A stretch of DNA of 64,000 bases from a bacterium (GTDB taxonomy: Bacteria; Babelota; Babeliae; Babelales; Vermiphilaceae): positions 525 to 64,524 of the forward strand of contig JAKBEL010000021.1 of the NCBI GenBank assembly GCA_021833825.1, in the 5' to 3' direction. A program made the position numbers and the translations under genes. Within the stretch, counting starts at the first letter, position 1, and every line of letters starts with the position of its first letter. The notes beneath the pieces are model-generated. The model had not been told where the DNA came from. It did no database searches and was given only the letters and a program-made list of their open reading frames with translations. Shown piece after piece: positions 9,063-17,544 of the stretch.

Positions 9063-9148
9063 TATAAAATATGTCAGATATAAGGTTGAACCTGATTTTA
9101 TTTTATAAAATATGTCAGATATAAGGTTGAACCTGATTCGCAGTCGTT
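9062..9148. repeat. Tandem duplication of a 41-42 bp AT-rich unit (about 2.1 copies)
   Basis: ga(a)ttttattttataaaatatgtcagatataaggttgaacct is repeated head to tail, differing by one extra A. A third unit starts (gatt) and then breaks off. Confidence 0.9.
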
Positions 9149-9570
9149 TGATCGCAGATCAAAAAGACAAGTGATCACAACGTGTTGCGCTCAGCGGGTT
9201 TTCAACCGGTTAGGGATACAAAAGGTGCCCCTTTTGTGCCGTTTTGGTTGTTAGGGGTTTTGGGCAAGCAAAATCCTTAACAAAGGGGGAATAAAGTAAA
9301 AAATTAGAAAAAGAAATTTAGAAAAATAAAGGATGATAACTTTTTATGTTGCCAGTCCGGCCAGCACAAACAAAAAGAGTCTTCCTTTTCCAACTGTGCA
9401 ATAATTCTACATTTTATTTGTTCAATACATATTATGTTATCATGCTTTAAAAATCGCAACTGAATCGCTTCAATTTTTATATAAAACTATGTTTACAAAT
9501 ATTTTTTTATGGGTTATAACTGTCTGCATTGTATATATAAACTAACAGTTTAACTTCAAGGAGCAGGGCT

Positions 9571-9702
9571 ATGCTTAAGACACTTATGCTTTTCCTCCTT
9601 ATCTGTTTTCTGTATAAAGATGATAATCATGTTGATCATGATCATGTTGATACGCACATACAGGTAAAGGTCGAAGAGAAAAAGAGAATAAATAGAATAT
9701 GA
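9571..9702 (+). CDS. Small hypothetical peptide (43 aa): hydrophobic N-terminus, His/Asp-rich centre
   Basis: Read by hand; below the ORF-track size cutoff. AAGGAG lies 7 nt upstream of the ATG. Sequence is MLKTLMLFLLICFLYKDDNHVDHDHVDTHIQVKVEEKKRINRI. Confidence 0.35.
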   Translation: MLKTLMLFLLICFLYKDDNHVDHDHVDTHIQVKVEEKKRINRI

Positions 9703-9711
9703 TAAACAAAA

Positions 9712-9736
9712 ATGCGCGAGTGAATAACTCGCGCAT
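9712..9736 (-). terminator. Rho-independent terminator of the GH1 gene; the hairpin also faces the small plus-strand ORF
   Basis: Perfect 9-bp stem atgcgcgag / ctcgcgcat with a 7-nt loop. On the minus strand it is followed by TTTTGTTT. Confidence 0.75.
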
Positions 9737-9741
9737 CTTCA

Positions 9742-11304
9742 TTAGTTACTATTTTTCATCAACGAAATGAAATATTCTGTTCCTGGATCAGATTTGATCG
9801 TTCTTGTAAGGGTTGGGTCTTGAAAATCTACATGTACAAGACCATATTTTTTACTGTAACTTCCCCATTCATAATTATCCATTAATGACCAGTAGATATA
9901 TCCTTTGACGTCGTAACCATCAGCGATTGCTTTGTGAATAGCATAAAGATACCGTTTAAAAAAGAGTTCTCGCTTTTTAATATCTTTGCATGCAATACCA
10001 TTTTCAGTCACATAGATAGGCATAGGTTTGCCAGTTAACTCTTCAATCGGCTTGCATAGCTCATTAGTTAATCTGACAATGCCGCGATAGAGTGATTCAG
10101 GATAGATCGTATATGTTGGGTTATCACTTACCGTCTCTTGTGGATGATGTAAGCGGGTCATATTTTTAATGTAGCTGTGTGAATAACAATTAAGTCCAAC
10201 AAAATCAAAGCTATATGGTGCCAACAGGTTAACATGTTCAACATTTGCCATACATGGTGCGATATCAAATGGAATTTTTGCTTTGAATATCCCAGTCTTG
10301 AAAAAGTTTATCATGCAATCATCGGTCATTATTCGTGCAATGTTGCAAGCGAGCTTATCAAGTGGATGCCATGGTCTATAAGGATCAAGATGAATAATAT
10401 TTTTAAGCAATCCGATGGTAAAATGAGGGTCGATTTTTTTAGCTTGTTGATAGACCTGCACGTGAGCTTCTAACATATTTTTAAATACGGTCAATGTTAG
10501 TTGTTTGTTGCCTTTGATGCCAGGGGGAAAATCGCCAACAAGATATTTGTGGAAAGCATATCCACTAGGTGAATTGAAAACGGTCCAGAGGTCAACCTCT
10601 ATTCCTTGATCATGAAATGATTGAAAGACCTTTGTGCAAAAACGAACGAAATATGCAATATTCTCTTCGTGTTCAAAGCCGCCCATGTCAGCAAACCATT
10701 TTGGATCAGCATAGTGATGCAGGCCAATGAGGCTCTTAATATTATGTGCCTTTAATTCTCTGCATACATCGTGGTAGTGAGCAAGCGCTGCTTCATCAAA
10801 TGTGTCAGGAGTCGGTTGAATTTTATCCCACGCGAGTGAGAAACGGTAAATACCAGCACCAATCTCTTTAATCAATCCAATATCCTCTTTATATCTATTC
10901 CAATGATCACACGCTGCACCTGCAGGGTGTTCAACGCGAGGATTGCCTGCGGTATCAAGCTGTTGTTCCCAGTCGTGCCAGTCAGTGTTGGTGCAATCAC
11001 CTTCAATTTGATAAGCTGAAGTGCCAACACCAAACAGAAATGATGGGGGAAACTTGGTAACCGATGTATTGATATTGTCCCAATCCCAATAGATCTCTCT
11101 GTTTGAAAGATCGGTGGCACCATAATCGGTTGCAAGAAGTTGATGTGTTAGTGCACCAGTGGCGACAAGACCAGCTAAACCTAAAGCGGCCGTTTTATGC
11201 CCTTTTATGCAGTTTTGCATATAGGTGAAATATTCCATAGAGTGGGTCGATGGCCAAGAGGCCAAGAGGGAGGCAAGCAGGAGTCGCTTAGAGATAGCCT
11301 TCAT
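9742..11304 (-). CDS. Glycoside hydrolase family 1 (beta-glucosidase-like) with signal-type leader; acid/base Glu replaced by Ser
   Basis: FLFGVGTSAYQIEG, nucleophile motif YVTENG and WSLMDNYEW are present. The position of the canonical T(F/L)NEP motif reads TVFNSP. Confidence 0.85.
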   Translation of the reverse strand: MKAISKRLLLASLLASWPSTHSMEYFTYMQNCIKGHKTAALGLAGLVATGALTHQLLATDYGATDLSNREIYWDWDNINTSVTKFPPSFLFGVGTSAYQIEGDCTNTDWHDWEQQLDTAGNPRVEHPAGAACDHWNRYKEDIGLIKEIGAGIYRFSLAWDKIQPTPDTFDEAALAHYHDVCRELKAHNIKSLIGLHHYADPKWFADMGGFEHEENIAYFVRFCTKVFQSFHDQGIEVDLWTVFNSPSGYAFHKYLVGDFPPGIKGNKQLTLTVFKNMLEAHVQVYQQAKKIDPHFTIGLLKNIIHLDPYRPWHPLDKLACNIARIMTDDCMINFFKTGIFKAKIPFDIAPCMANVEHVNLLAPYSFDFVGLNCYSHSYIKNMTRLHHPQETVSDNPTYTIYPESLYRGIVRLTNELCKPIEELTGKPMPIYVTENGIACKDIKKRELFFKRYLYAIHKAIADGYDVKGYIYWSLMDNYEWGSYSKKYGLVHVDFQDPTLTRTIKSDPGTEYFISLMKNSN

Positions 11305-11668
11305 AGCTTTTTCCTTTAATATTGTTCGTGAACTATATTCTATTATTTAATTTTAATGTAATTTCGTGCAATAGCAATTGCTTGTCCTGATTTAGAAGCG
11401 CTCGGGCAAGCTATACTGCTCTTTACCTGTGATAACCCAGTCCGTCTCAGGTATATGAGTAAGGATACCTTCCAGATCAGAATCAGATGAAATAATGAGG
11501 TGATTAGCCTCTTTAATACGTGGTTTATGTGTATGCTCTTGATAAACCTGGATTGAATCAAGGGAAGAATCGTTTTTGTTGTATATTGGATAGAGCATAT
11601 AGACTGGTGCATACACATATAACGATTAAAAGTCTCATCATTAAATATGGAAATTTCACATTTGTCCC

Positions 11669-11709
11669 TAAATTAATTATATAAAATGCTCTTTTATATA
11701 ATTAATTTA
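11669..11709. repeat. AT-only palindrome (18-bp arms, 5-nt spacer) downstream of the toxin gene
   Basis: taaattaattatataaaa-tgctc-ttttatataattaattta. Confidence 0.8.
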
Positions 11710-11768
11710 ACAGATTGAATAGAAAGTCGCAAAATAATAGGGTGTAATATCTTGCTGATTTGTTGCTT

Positions 11769-12035
11769 TTAAAATAACTCTGAATGAGACCCTGTTCTGA
11801 TCAAAATCAGTTCAGATTCCGAAAGTTGATAGATGAGGAGCCAGTCGGGTTCAATATGGCATTCCCAACAACCAATATAATTACCTTTAAGTTTGTGGTT
11901 TTTGTTTTTTGGTGGCAGAGGACGTTCATGCTGAAGTTCAGTAATAATATAGGCTAATTTTTCGATTTTAAGGCGGCTCTTTTTAATCTTTTTGAAGTCT
12001 TTTTTGAATTGTGATTGCCAGATAAGATCAAGCAT
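11769..12035 (-). CDS. yafQ: Type II toxin, YafQ/RelE-family mRNA interferase
   Basis: 88 aa. HIEPDWLLIYQL...LIRTGSHSELF matches the YafQ C-terminal signature. A 2-nt gap separates it from the upstream antitoxin gene. Confidence 0.85.
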   Translation of the reverse strand: MLDLIWQSQFKKDFKKIKKSRLKIEKLAYIITELQHERPLPPKNKNHKLKGNYIGCWECHIEPDWLLIYQLSESELILIRTGSHSELF

Positions 12036-12037
12036 AG

Positions 12038-12301
12038 TTACTTTGCTAGTTTTTCAAAAAGTTCTTCTACGGTACCAGCTTTTTTCAATCCCTTTTTGAG
12101 CTTCGTGCTTTCAAGAGCTTTTTTTGTTACATCATTAGGAGTATGATTATGAGAACATTCCTGATATTGTTCCAATCCTTGCTCAATCAGTTCGATGAAT
12201 ATTTTACGCATACTTTTACCCTGATAAGCCGCTAGCAATTTAAGTTTTTTATGGTCTATGGTGGGTATATCGACCGTTACTCTAGTGTTTGTTTTACGCA
12301 T
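12038..12301 (-). CDS. RelB/DinJ-type (ribbon-helix-helix) antitoxin
   Basis: The ORF track start at 12355 is probably too long. ATG at 12301 (MRKTNTRVTVDIP...) has AAGGA upstream. C-terminal ...GTVEELFEKLAK resembles the RelB/DinJ toxin-binding tail. Confidence 0.75.
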   Translation of the reverse strand: MRKTNTRVTVDIPTIDHKKLKLLAAYQGKSMRKIFIELIEQGLEQYQECSHNHTPNDVTKKALESTKLKKGLKKAGTVEELFEKLAK

Positions 12302-12411
12302 ATCTATCCTTAATCTGTTTAAAAGAGATATAAAACCATAATACCATAAATACATATATATTTAAATAAGTTTATATGGTTACTGCAAAAATCCTAGAAG
12401 CTATAAAGGTG

Positions 12412-12456
12412 AATTCTATGCAAATCCAACTTTCAAAGTTGGATTTGCATAGAATT
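12412..12456. promoter_or_regulatory. 45-bp perfect palindrome (22-bp arms) in the divergent promoter region; candidate operator
   Basis: aattctatgcaaatccaacttt-c-aaagttggatttgcatagaatt. A third half-site-like caaatccgactt overlaps the -35 candidate at 12470. Confidence 0.55.
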
Positions 12457-12469
12457 ATAAAGTGATCTG

Positions 12470-12497
12470 TTGACAAATCCGACTTGAATTGTAGACT
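12470..12497 (+). promoter_or_regulatory. Candidate sigma-70-type promoter of the DUF4143 ATPase gene
   Basis: TTGACA (12470-12475), a 16-nt spacer, then TAGACT (12492-12497). SD AAAGGAGG lies upstream of the ATG at 12533. Confidence 0.4.
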
Positions 12498-12532
12498 TTA
12501 CTAATAAAGGGGTATAAATCTAAAGGAGGTCT

Positions 12533-13702
12533 ATGTTCATAAAAAGAGCGATTGCACAGGATATTCTTGAAGCGGCAAAGCATTTTTCAGCTTTAGCTGT
12601 TCTGGGGCCACGCCAATCGGGTAAAACAACGTTAGTACGTAATGTTTTTACAAACCATGCATATGTCAATTTAGAGCATCCCAAGACCAGAGATTTTGCG
12701 GTTGCAGATCCGGAAGGGTTTTTTGAACAGTATCAGAATGAATATGGGCTTATTATAGATGAGTTTCAGCATGTGCCTGAACTACTATCCTATATTCAGA
12801 TCTTTATTGATGAACGCAAAAGGCCCGGTTATTTCATTTTAACCGGTTCGCAAAACTTTTTAATGAATGAAAAGATCTCGCAAACATTAGCAGGTCGGAT
12901 CTCTATTCATACCTTATTGCCACTCTCTATTGGCGAGTTAAAAGAGGCAGCATTATTGCCACAATCACCAGAAGAACTTATCTGGAAGGGTTGTTATCCA
13001 TCGGTCTATATCGATAAAGAGCTCTCTCCAGAACGTTGGTATCAGAACTATATTCAAACCTATCTTGAGCGTGATGTTCGGCAATTAAAACAGGTTGAGG
13101 ATTTGCAACTGTTCAGAACTTTCGTGCAACTGTGTGCAGGGCGCGTTGGGCAGCTGTTAAATTTATCTTCACTTGGTAATGATTGTGGTGTTAGTGACAC
13201 CACTGCACGGCGTTGGATAGCGTTATTAGAGGCAAGTTATATTATTGTTCTATTGCAGCCATATCATAAGAATTTTAATAAACGGATCACAAAAAGCCCA
13301 AAGCTCTATTTTGTTGATACCGGTCTTGCATGTTCATTGCTTAATATTCAAGAGAATAGCGTTACTGATCATTATCTACGCGGTGGGCTGTTTGAGAATA
13401 TGATGATTGTTGATTTCTATAAACGAGCCTATAATCAAGGTGGTGTGCCACATTTCTATTTCTGGCGTGATCAAACTCATGAGATCGATCTTATTATTGA
13501 TCGTGGGACCAGTATCTATCCGGCAGAGATTAAATCGAGCAGGACCATCTCACAATCATTTTTCAGTAATGTTCAATATTTGGCGCAACTGGCTGCACTG
13601 AATCCAAAAGATAATGTTATTATTTACACAGGAGATGAGCATCAGAAGCGCACCATGGGGCAAGTGATTGGCTGGCGTGATGTCGATTCGATCGTTATAT
13701 GA
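12533..13702 (+). CDS. AAA+ ATPase with DUF4143-type C-terminal region (paralogue of 1785-2948)
   Basis: Walker A GPRQSGKTT and IIDEFQ. A strong SD precedes the start. Confidence 0.85.
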   Translation: MFIKRAIAQDILEAAKHFSALAVLGPRQSGKTTLVRNVFTNHAYVNLEHPKTRDFAVADPEGFFEQYQNEYGLIIDEFQHVPELLSYIQIFIDERKRPGYFILTGSQNFLMNEKISQTLAGRISIHTLLPLSIGELKEAALLPQSPEELIWKGCYPSVYIDKELSPERWYQNYIQTYLERDVRQLKQVEDLQLFRTFVQLCAGRVGQLLNLSSLGNDCGVSDTTARRWIALLEASYIIVLLQPYHKNFNKRITKSPKLYFVDTGLACSLLNIQENSVTDHYLRGGLFENMMIVDFYKRAYNQGGVPHFYFWRDQTHEIDLIIDRGTSIYPAEIKSSRTISQSFFSNVQYLAQLAALNPKDNVIIYTGDEHQKRTMGQVIGWRDVDSIVI

Positions 13703-13719
13703 TATTGTTGCAATAAAAA

Positions 13720-13745
13720 AGCCCCAGGAATAGTACCCTAGGGCT
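13720..13745 (-). terminator. Candidate terminator hairpin between convergent genes
   Basis: agcccc-agg ... cct-agggct imperfect stem. An A6 run on the plus side gives a T-run after the hairpin on the minus strand. Confidence 0.4.
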
Positions 13746-13774
13746 GTAATCTATGTGATCTAAGAGATGCTCCT

Positions 13775-14197
13775 TTAAGCTGGAGTCTCTTTTTCTTCAA
13801 CAATTTTAAATGGTAATTTTTGTTGACCAGCAAAGAATTTGTAAGCTAAAGGTGATAATACACCGAAGGATAGTAGATGAGATAAATAAGATGGTTGATT
13901 TTTTTCGGAGTTTAAACTGCAAAATCCTATGCAGATAATATTTATTCCCATGCTAACAATATTAAATAGTTGATCCAGGTTCACCTCTAGCTTTTTATTA
14001 TTAAACCAGGGTGTTTCTATAAGTACATCATATTCTGGTGGACGGTTCCAAGCAAACTCTTTAGCTAGGAATTTTCTGGCTCTTGATAATTTGCCTGTTT
14101 CTGGATTGTATTCCATTTTTTCGAAATGATTGCCATTTTGAGCTGTTACTGTTGAATAGATTATGGTAATCAATAAGCTAAAGACTAGCTTTTTCAT
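13775..14197 (-). CDS. Hypothetical leader-bearing membrane protein
   Basis: ORF track 140 aa. Leader MKKLVFSLLITIIYSTVTAQ and two later hydrophobic segments. No motif recognised. Confidence 0.55.
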   Translation of the reverse strand: MKKLVFSLLITIIYSTVTAQNGNHFEKMEYNPETGKLSRARKFLAKEFAWNRPPEYDVLIETPWFNNKKLEVNLDQLFNIVSMGINIICIGFCSLNSEKNQPSYLSHLLSFGVLSPLAYKFFAGQQKLPFKIVEEKETPA

Positions 14198-14372
14198 AAG
14201 AGTCCTGTTTTGTCTAAAGTTTACATTATGATAATAGCAATAATTGTATTGTAAATCTCTTTATTTGTATAGCTTTAATACATATAGCCAAGAGGTTTTG
14301 TAGCGATCATTGTAATTAAGGCCCTCTTGCCATTATAGTAGAAGTAACAGAGTATCAAAAAAAGGAGTGATT

Positions 14373-15239
14373 ATGTTGCAAAAGAGTTTTTTATGTTTTT
14401 TTATGGGGTTCATTACTATGAGCATGGCCCAGGATAATGACTTGTTGATAAGAGTTGCCACTTATAATATTCGTCGTGAAGGTAAAGAGAGATCTCCGGA
14501 GCGGTTGTGGCAGAATCGTAAACAGCAGGTTGTAGATTTGATAGCTCGTGTTAATCCAGATATTATTGGGATGCAGGAGGCAACTGAGTCTCAAATTTTA
14601 GATCTGGGGAGATTGTTGCCACAGTTTCTTTCAATTGGTAAAGGTCGTGGTGCAAGTTGGGGTGGGCTTGGAACCAATGAGTATAATCCAATTTTTTATA
14701 ATAGAGAGAAATTTGAGCTCTTAGATCAAGAGACATTCACTATCAATACCTATGAAAGTTTATTGCCACTCTGGAACATATGGTATTATAAGCAGACCGG
14801 TTGGTTGCCACGTATATGTACGTGGGCTCAGTTTAAGGATCGTGCAACAGGTAAGATTTTTTATGTTTATAATACTCATCTTGATAATGATTACCAAGAG
14901 GCTCGGCAATTGAGTGCCCAGATTATTAAGCAACATATGAATAATAAATCTCCTATTATAATGACAGGTGATTTTAATATGGGTTTTGTTGAGCCTTTAA
15001 CCAATATTTTTGATAATTTTGTCCATGCTCGAGATAATGCAAAAGAGCTTGCTGGCCCGCAAGAGACGCGCACCGGTTGGGCTGACGATGAATTAAAAGA
15101 GATTGATCATATCCTTCTTCAGAAAGGCGTCGCCAGTGTTAACCATTTTGAGGTAATTCAAGAGGAGAGGCCGTATTCAAGTGATCATAGATTTGTCTTT
15201 GCTGACATCTCTTTTTCACCTTTGTCCGTCCTTCAATAA
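14373..15239 (+). CDS. Endonuclease/exonuclease/phosphatase (EEP) family protein with signal-type leader
   Basis: VATYNIR, IIGMQEA, NTHLD, TGDFN and SDHRFV. The ATG at 14373 sits 5 nt after AAGGAG; the ORF-track start at 14367 is GTG. Confidence 0.85.
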   Translation: MLQKSFLCFFMGFITMSMAQDNDLLIRVATYNIRREGKERSPERLWQNRKQQVVDLIARVNPDIIGMQEATESQILDLGRLLPQFLSIGKGRGASWGGLGTNEYNPIFYNREKFELLDQETFTINTYESLLPLWNIWYYKQTGWLPRICTWAQFKDRATGKIFYVYNTHLDNDYQEARQLSAQIIKQHMNNKSPIIMTGDFNMGFVEPLTNIFDNFVHARDNAKELAGPQETRTGWADDELKEIDHILLQKGVASVNHFEVIQEERPYSSDHRFVFADISFSPLSVLQ

Positions 15240-15240
15240 A

Positions 15241-15400
15241 CCCGTCATTTCCTATCGAGCTCTCTGATGCCCTTAAGATCAAGCCCTTTTGGGGCGCAGA
15301 GCGTGGGGTAGAATTGAGCGATATAAGAGATCAAGCTGCAAGCTTGTGTCTCCGATTATAACGGGTTTGACAAGACACCCTTTATGCCACACGCGGTGAG
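15241..15400 (-). repeat. Dispersed GC-richer intergenic repeat, full-length copy 3 (inverted relative to copy 1)
   Basis: Fills the gap between the convergent EEP and murG genes. Its reverse complement is colinear with 8675-8830 and 8984-9062. Confidence 0.75.
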
Positions 15401-15442
15401 TGAGAAAAGAATATGAATAGAAAAAAAGCATATTGATTATAA

Positions 15443-16516
15443 TTAAGAAGCGGATATAGAAATATCATTATGATGATGAATTGAATAGAGATGTAACAAC
15501 TTATTAATAGTATTTGCCAATATCTGATTATTCTGTTCTATCTCCGCATGTCTTAGCAGAGTAAACAGTTCATCATATTCTTTTTGCATAGCCAGAGCAT
15601 TGGCCACTTGATGATTGTTATTTTTTGTCTCTAGTGGAATGGTGATGCAAGGTTTGCCAAAAAAGAGTGCTTCAAATAGTGCTCCGGCTCCCGATCTTGA
15701 GATAATCAGATCAGCTGCAGAATAATGTAATGCAATCTCCATACTGAATTGATATACAATTGCAGGTATGTGATATTCACTATAAAATTGTTGCCAATTG
15801 AAGTTATCTTGGCTGCCGATTTGGTGAATAATCTGTATCTGATTATGTATGTGCGGGTTTATTGTGATCCAATCTTTAATGTACTTGTTGATCTGCAATG
15901 ATCCTTGCGATCCGCCAATGATGAATACGGTTTTGCGGTGATCGTGTAGTTGTAATTGGCGAAGTGCATCTTTTTGAGTGATCTGTTTTGTGTTATCAAA
16001 AAAACGAATGGGATAAGCAGCAATTCGGCATTTCTGTTTGGCCAGATAACGTGCAGTTTGGGCAAAGCATATACGCAGGTCAATTGACCAATGGGTAAGA
16101 AAGCGTGTCGCTCTTCCCGGCTCAACGTTCAGCTCATAAAGCTCTACCGGAATGCCCAATATTCGTGCGCAGATAACAACGGGAATTGCTAAAAAACCAC
16201 CAGTAGATACCACTTTAAGTGGTCTATATCGTAACAAGGTGATGAATGTTTTCAAGATGGTTATGCATCCTTGCGTAAATAGTTTAAATAGCTCAAAGAT
16301 TCCTGTTGCTGATGTAGTTTTTAATGGTAAGCAGACTATCCATGAGATTGCATAACTCTGTTTGCTGATCATTAAGTCTAATGGTTCATCAGTAGTCAAT
16401 AACAATATATCAATGTGGGGATGTTTTTTCTGTTCTTCTTGGGCTAAGGTAAGACAGGGAATAATGTGTCCACCAGATTTGCCAGCAACATAACAGATAA
16501 TCTCTTTTTTTTTCAT
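15443..16516 (-). CDS. murG: Undecaprenyldiphospho-muramoylpentapeptide beta-N-acetylglucosaminyltransferase
   Basis: GKSGGHIIP, GGSQGS and SRSGAGALFEALFFGKPCITIP. The ORF-track start at 16546 is TTG; ATG at 16516 (MKKKEIICYVAG) fits the family N-terminus. Confidence 0.85.
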   Translation of the reverse strand: MKKKEIICYVAGKSGGHIIPCLTLAQEEQKKHPHIDILLLTTDEPLDLMISKQSYAISWIVCLPLKTTSATGIFELFKLFTQGCITILKTFITLLRYRPLKVVSTGGFLAIPVVICARILGIPVELYELNVEPGRATRFLTHWSIDLRICFAQTARYLAKQKCRIAAYPIRFFDNTKQITQKDALRQLQLHDHRKTVFIIGGSQGSLQINKYIKDWITINPHIHNQIQIIHQIGSQDNFNWQQFYSEYHIPAIVYQFSMEIALHYSAADLIISRSGAGALFEALFFGKPCITIPLETKNNNHQVANALAMQKEYDELFTLLRHAEIEQNNQILANTINKLLHLYSIHHHNDISISAS

Positions 16517-16542
16517 TATATTTATTGTACCCATCTTGTTGA

Positions 16543-17544
16543 TCAATGAGCCTGAGTTTTTATAAAGGAGAGTGGCTCATGTTGTATCTTTGCATAGTGA
16601 TTTTGATAATCACTATACCATTTTGTGACTGGATCCAGAAGAGTTGATGTAAGATTTGGATTATCAGTATTCTCTTGTGGCAATTGATATTCAGTAATCA
16701 TTTTTAGGGCCTCTCTATATTTTCGTTCTTTAAAATAGGCCAAGATCTTTTCAAGATATTTTGTGTTAATATTGATCTCTTTTCGATTCATCTTCTGTAA
16801 TTTTTCTTTAAATGCTAAGCGTAAAAGATGCTCTTGAATCTGAGCGGATGGTCTATCTGTCTCTTGAAGATAGTTGGTATACCCTTCAATTGCCTTTGAA
16901 GTTTCACCTGTCTGTTCATTAAGAAGGGCATAAAGGAGCCAGCCCTTATCAAATGATTGATTGAGCGACACTGATTGTGCAAGTTGTTCTATTGCTTCCC
17001 TTTTTTTATCGAGAGAGAGATATGCTTGCGCTGCCAAGAAATGGAATATGAAGTTGTTAGGGTTTCCTTGTGTATGTGCAAGATAGTCTTTAATGGTAGA
17101 AATTGCATTTTCAGGCTCTTTTCTTTTCATGAAAATCTGTGCCGCTTGAAAAGCAATCCGTTGATTATCTTTTGCTTTATGCAATAGGGAGAGAAATTTT
17201 TGATCAGCTGCCGCATGTTGCCCCGCCTCTTGAAGGCTTTGAGCAAAGAGTAGTTGTATTTCAGTATCATTGCAGCAGGTTTTTTCAAGTGATGGTATAA
17301 ATGAGATAATCTTATCAACATTATTGGTTCGTTTAAATAGGTGCAATAGGCCTTTATAGCGATATCCGGGAATATCTTTTTTTGCTAAAGCTTTATTGTA
17401 CCAGTTCATAGCCACTTGTGGCCTATTATTGAATTGATTATAGTCAGCCCAGAATGAATAGTGTAGATCATTAATTGAGAATGGGGTGGTTCGCTGAGTG
17501 ATCCATATGCATGTAAAGATAAGTGCTAAGTGATATATGTTCAT
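16543..17544 (-). CDS. TPR-like repeat protein with N-terminal membrane anchor
   Basis: Helical-repeat pattern (W/Y..A......A...Y repeats). ATG at 17544 overlaps the DciA-like stop by 1 nt (TAATG); the ORF-track start at 17562 is TTG. Confidence 0.6.
   Translation of the reverse strand: MNIYHLALIFTCIWITQRTTPFSINDLHYSFWADYNQFNNRPQVAMNWYNKALAKKDIPGYRYKGLLHLFKRTNNVDKIISFIPSLEKTCCNDTEIQLLFAQSLQEAGQHAAADQKFLSLLHKAKDNQRIAFQAAQIFMKRKEPENAISTIKDYLAHTQGNPNNFIFHFLAAQAYLSLDKKREAIEQLAQSVSLNQSFDKGWLLYALLNEQTGETSKAIEGYTNYLQETDRPSAQIQEHLLRLAFKEKLQKMNRKEININTKYLEKILAYFKERKYREALKMITEYQLPQENTDNPNLTSTLLDPVTKWYSDYQNHYAKIQHEPLSFIKTQAH

Noticed and set aside
11769-13702. Toxin-antitoxin pair plus DUF4143 ATPase as a defence island or novel defence system
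   Set aside because: There are only two small TA genes and one ATPase, with no nuclease, methylase or sensor partner. The adjacency alone is insufficient, so it is kept only as the operator observation.
16505-16513. A9 tract right after the murG start codon (MKKK) as a slip-strand switch
   Set aside because: Lys-rich N-termini made of AAA codons are common in AT-rich genomes, and there is no evidence of frame variation. murG is presumably essential here.
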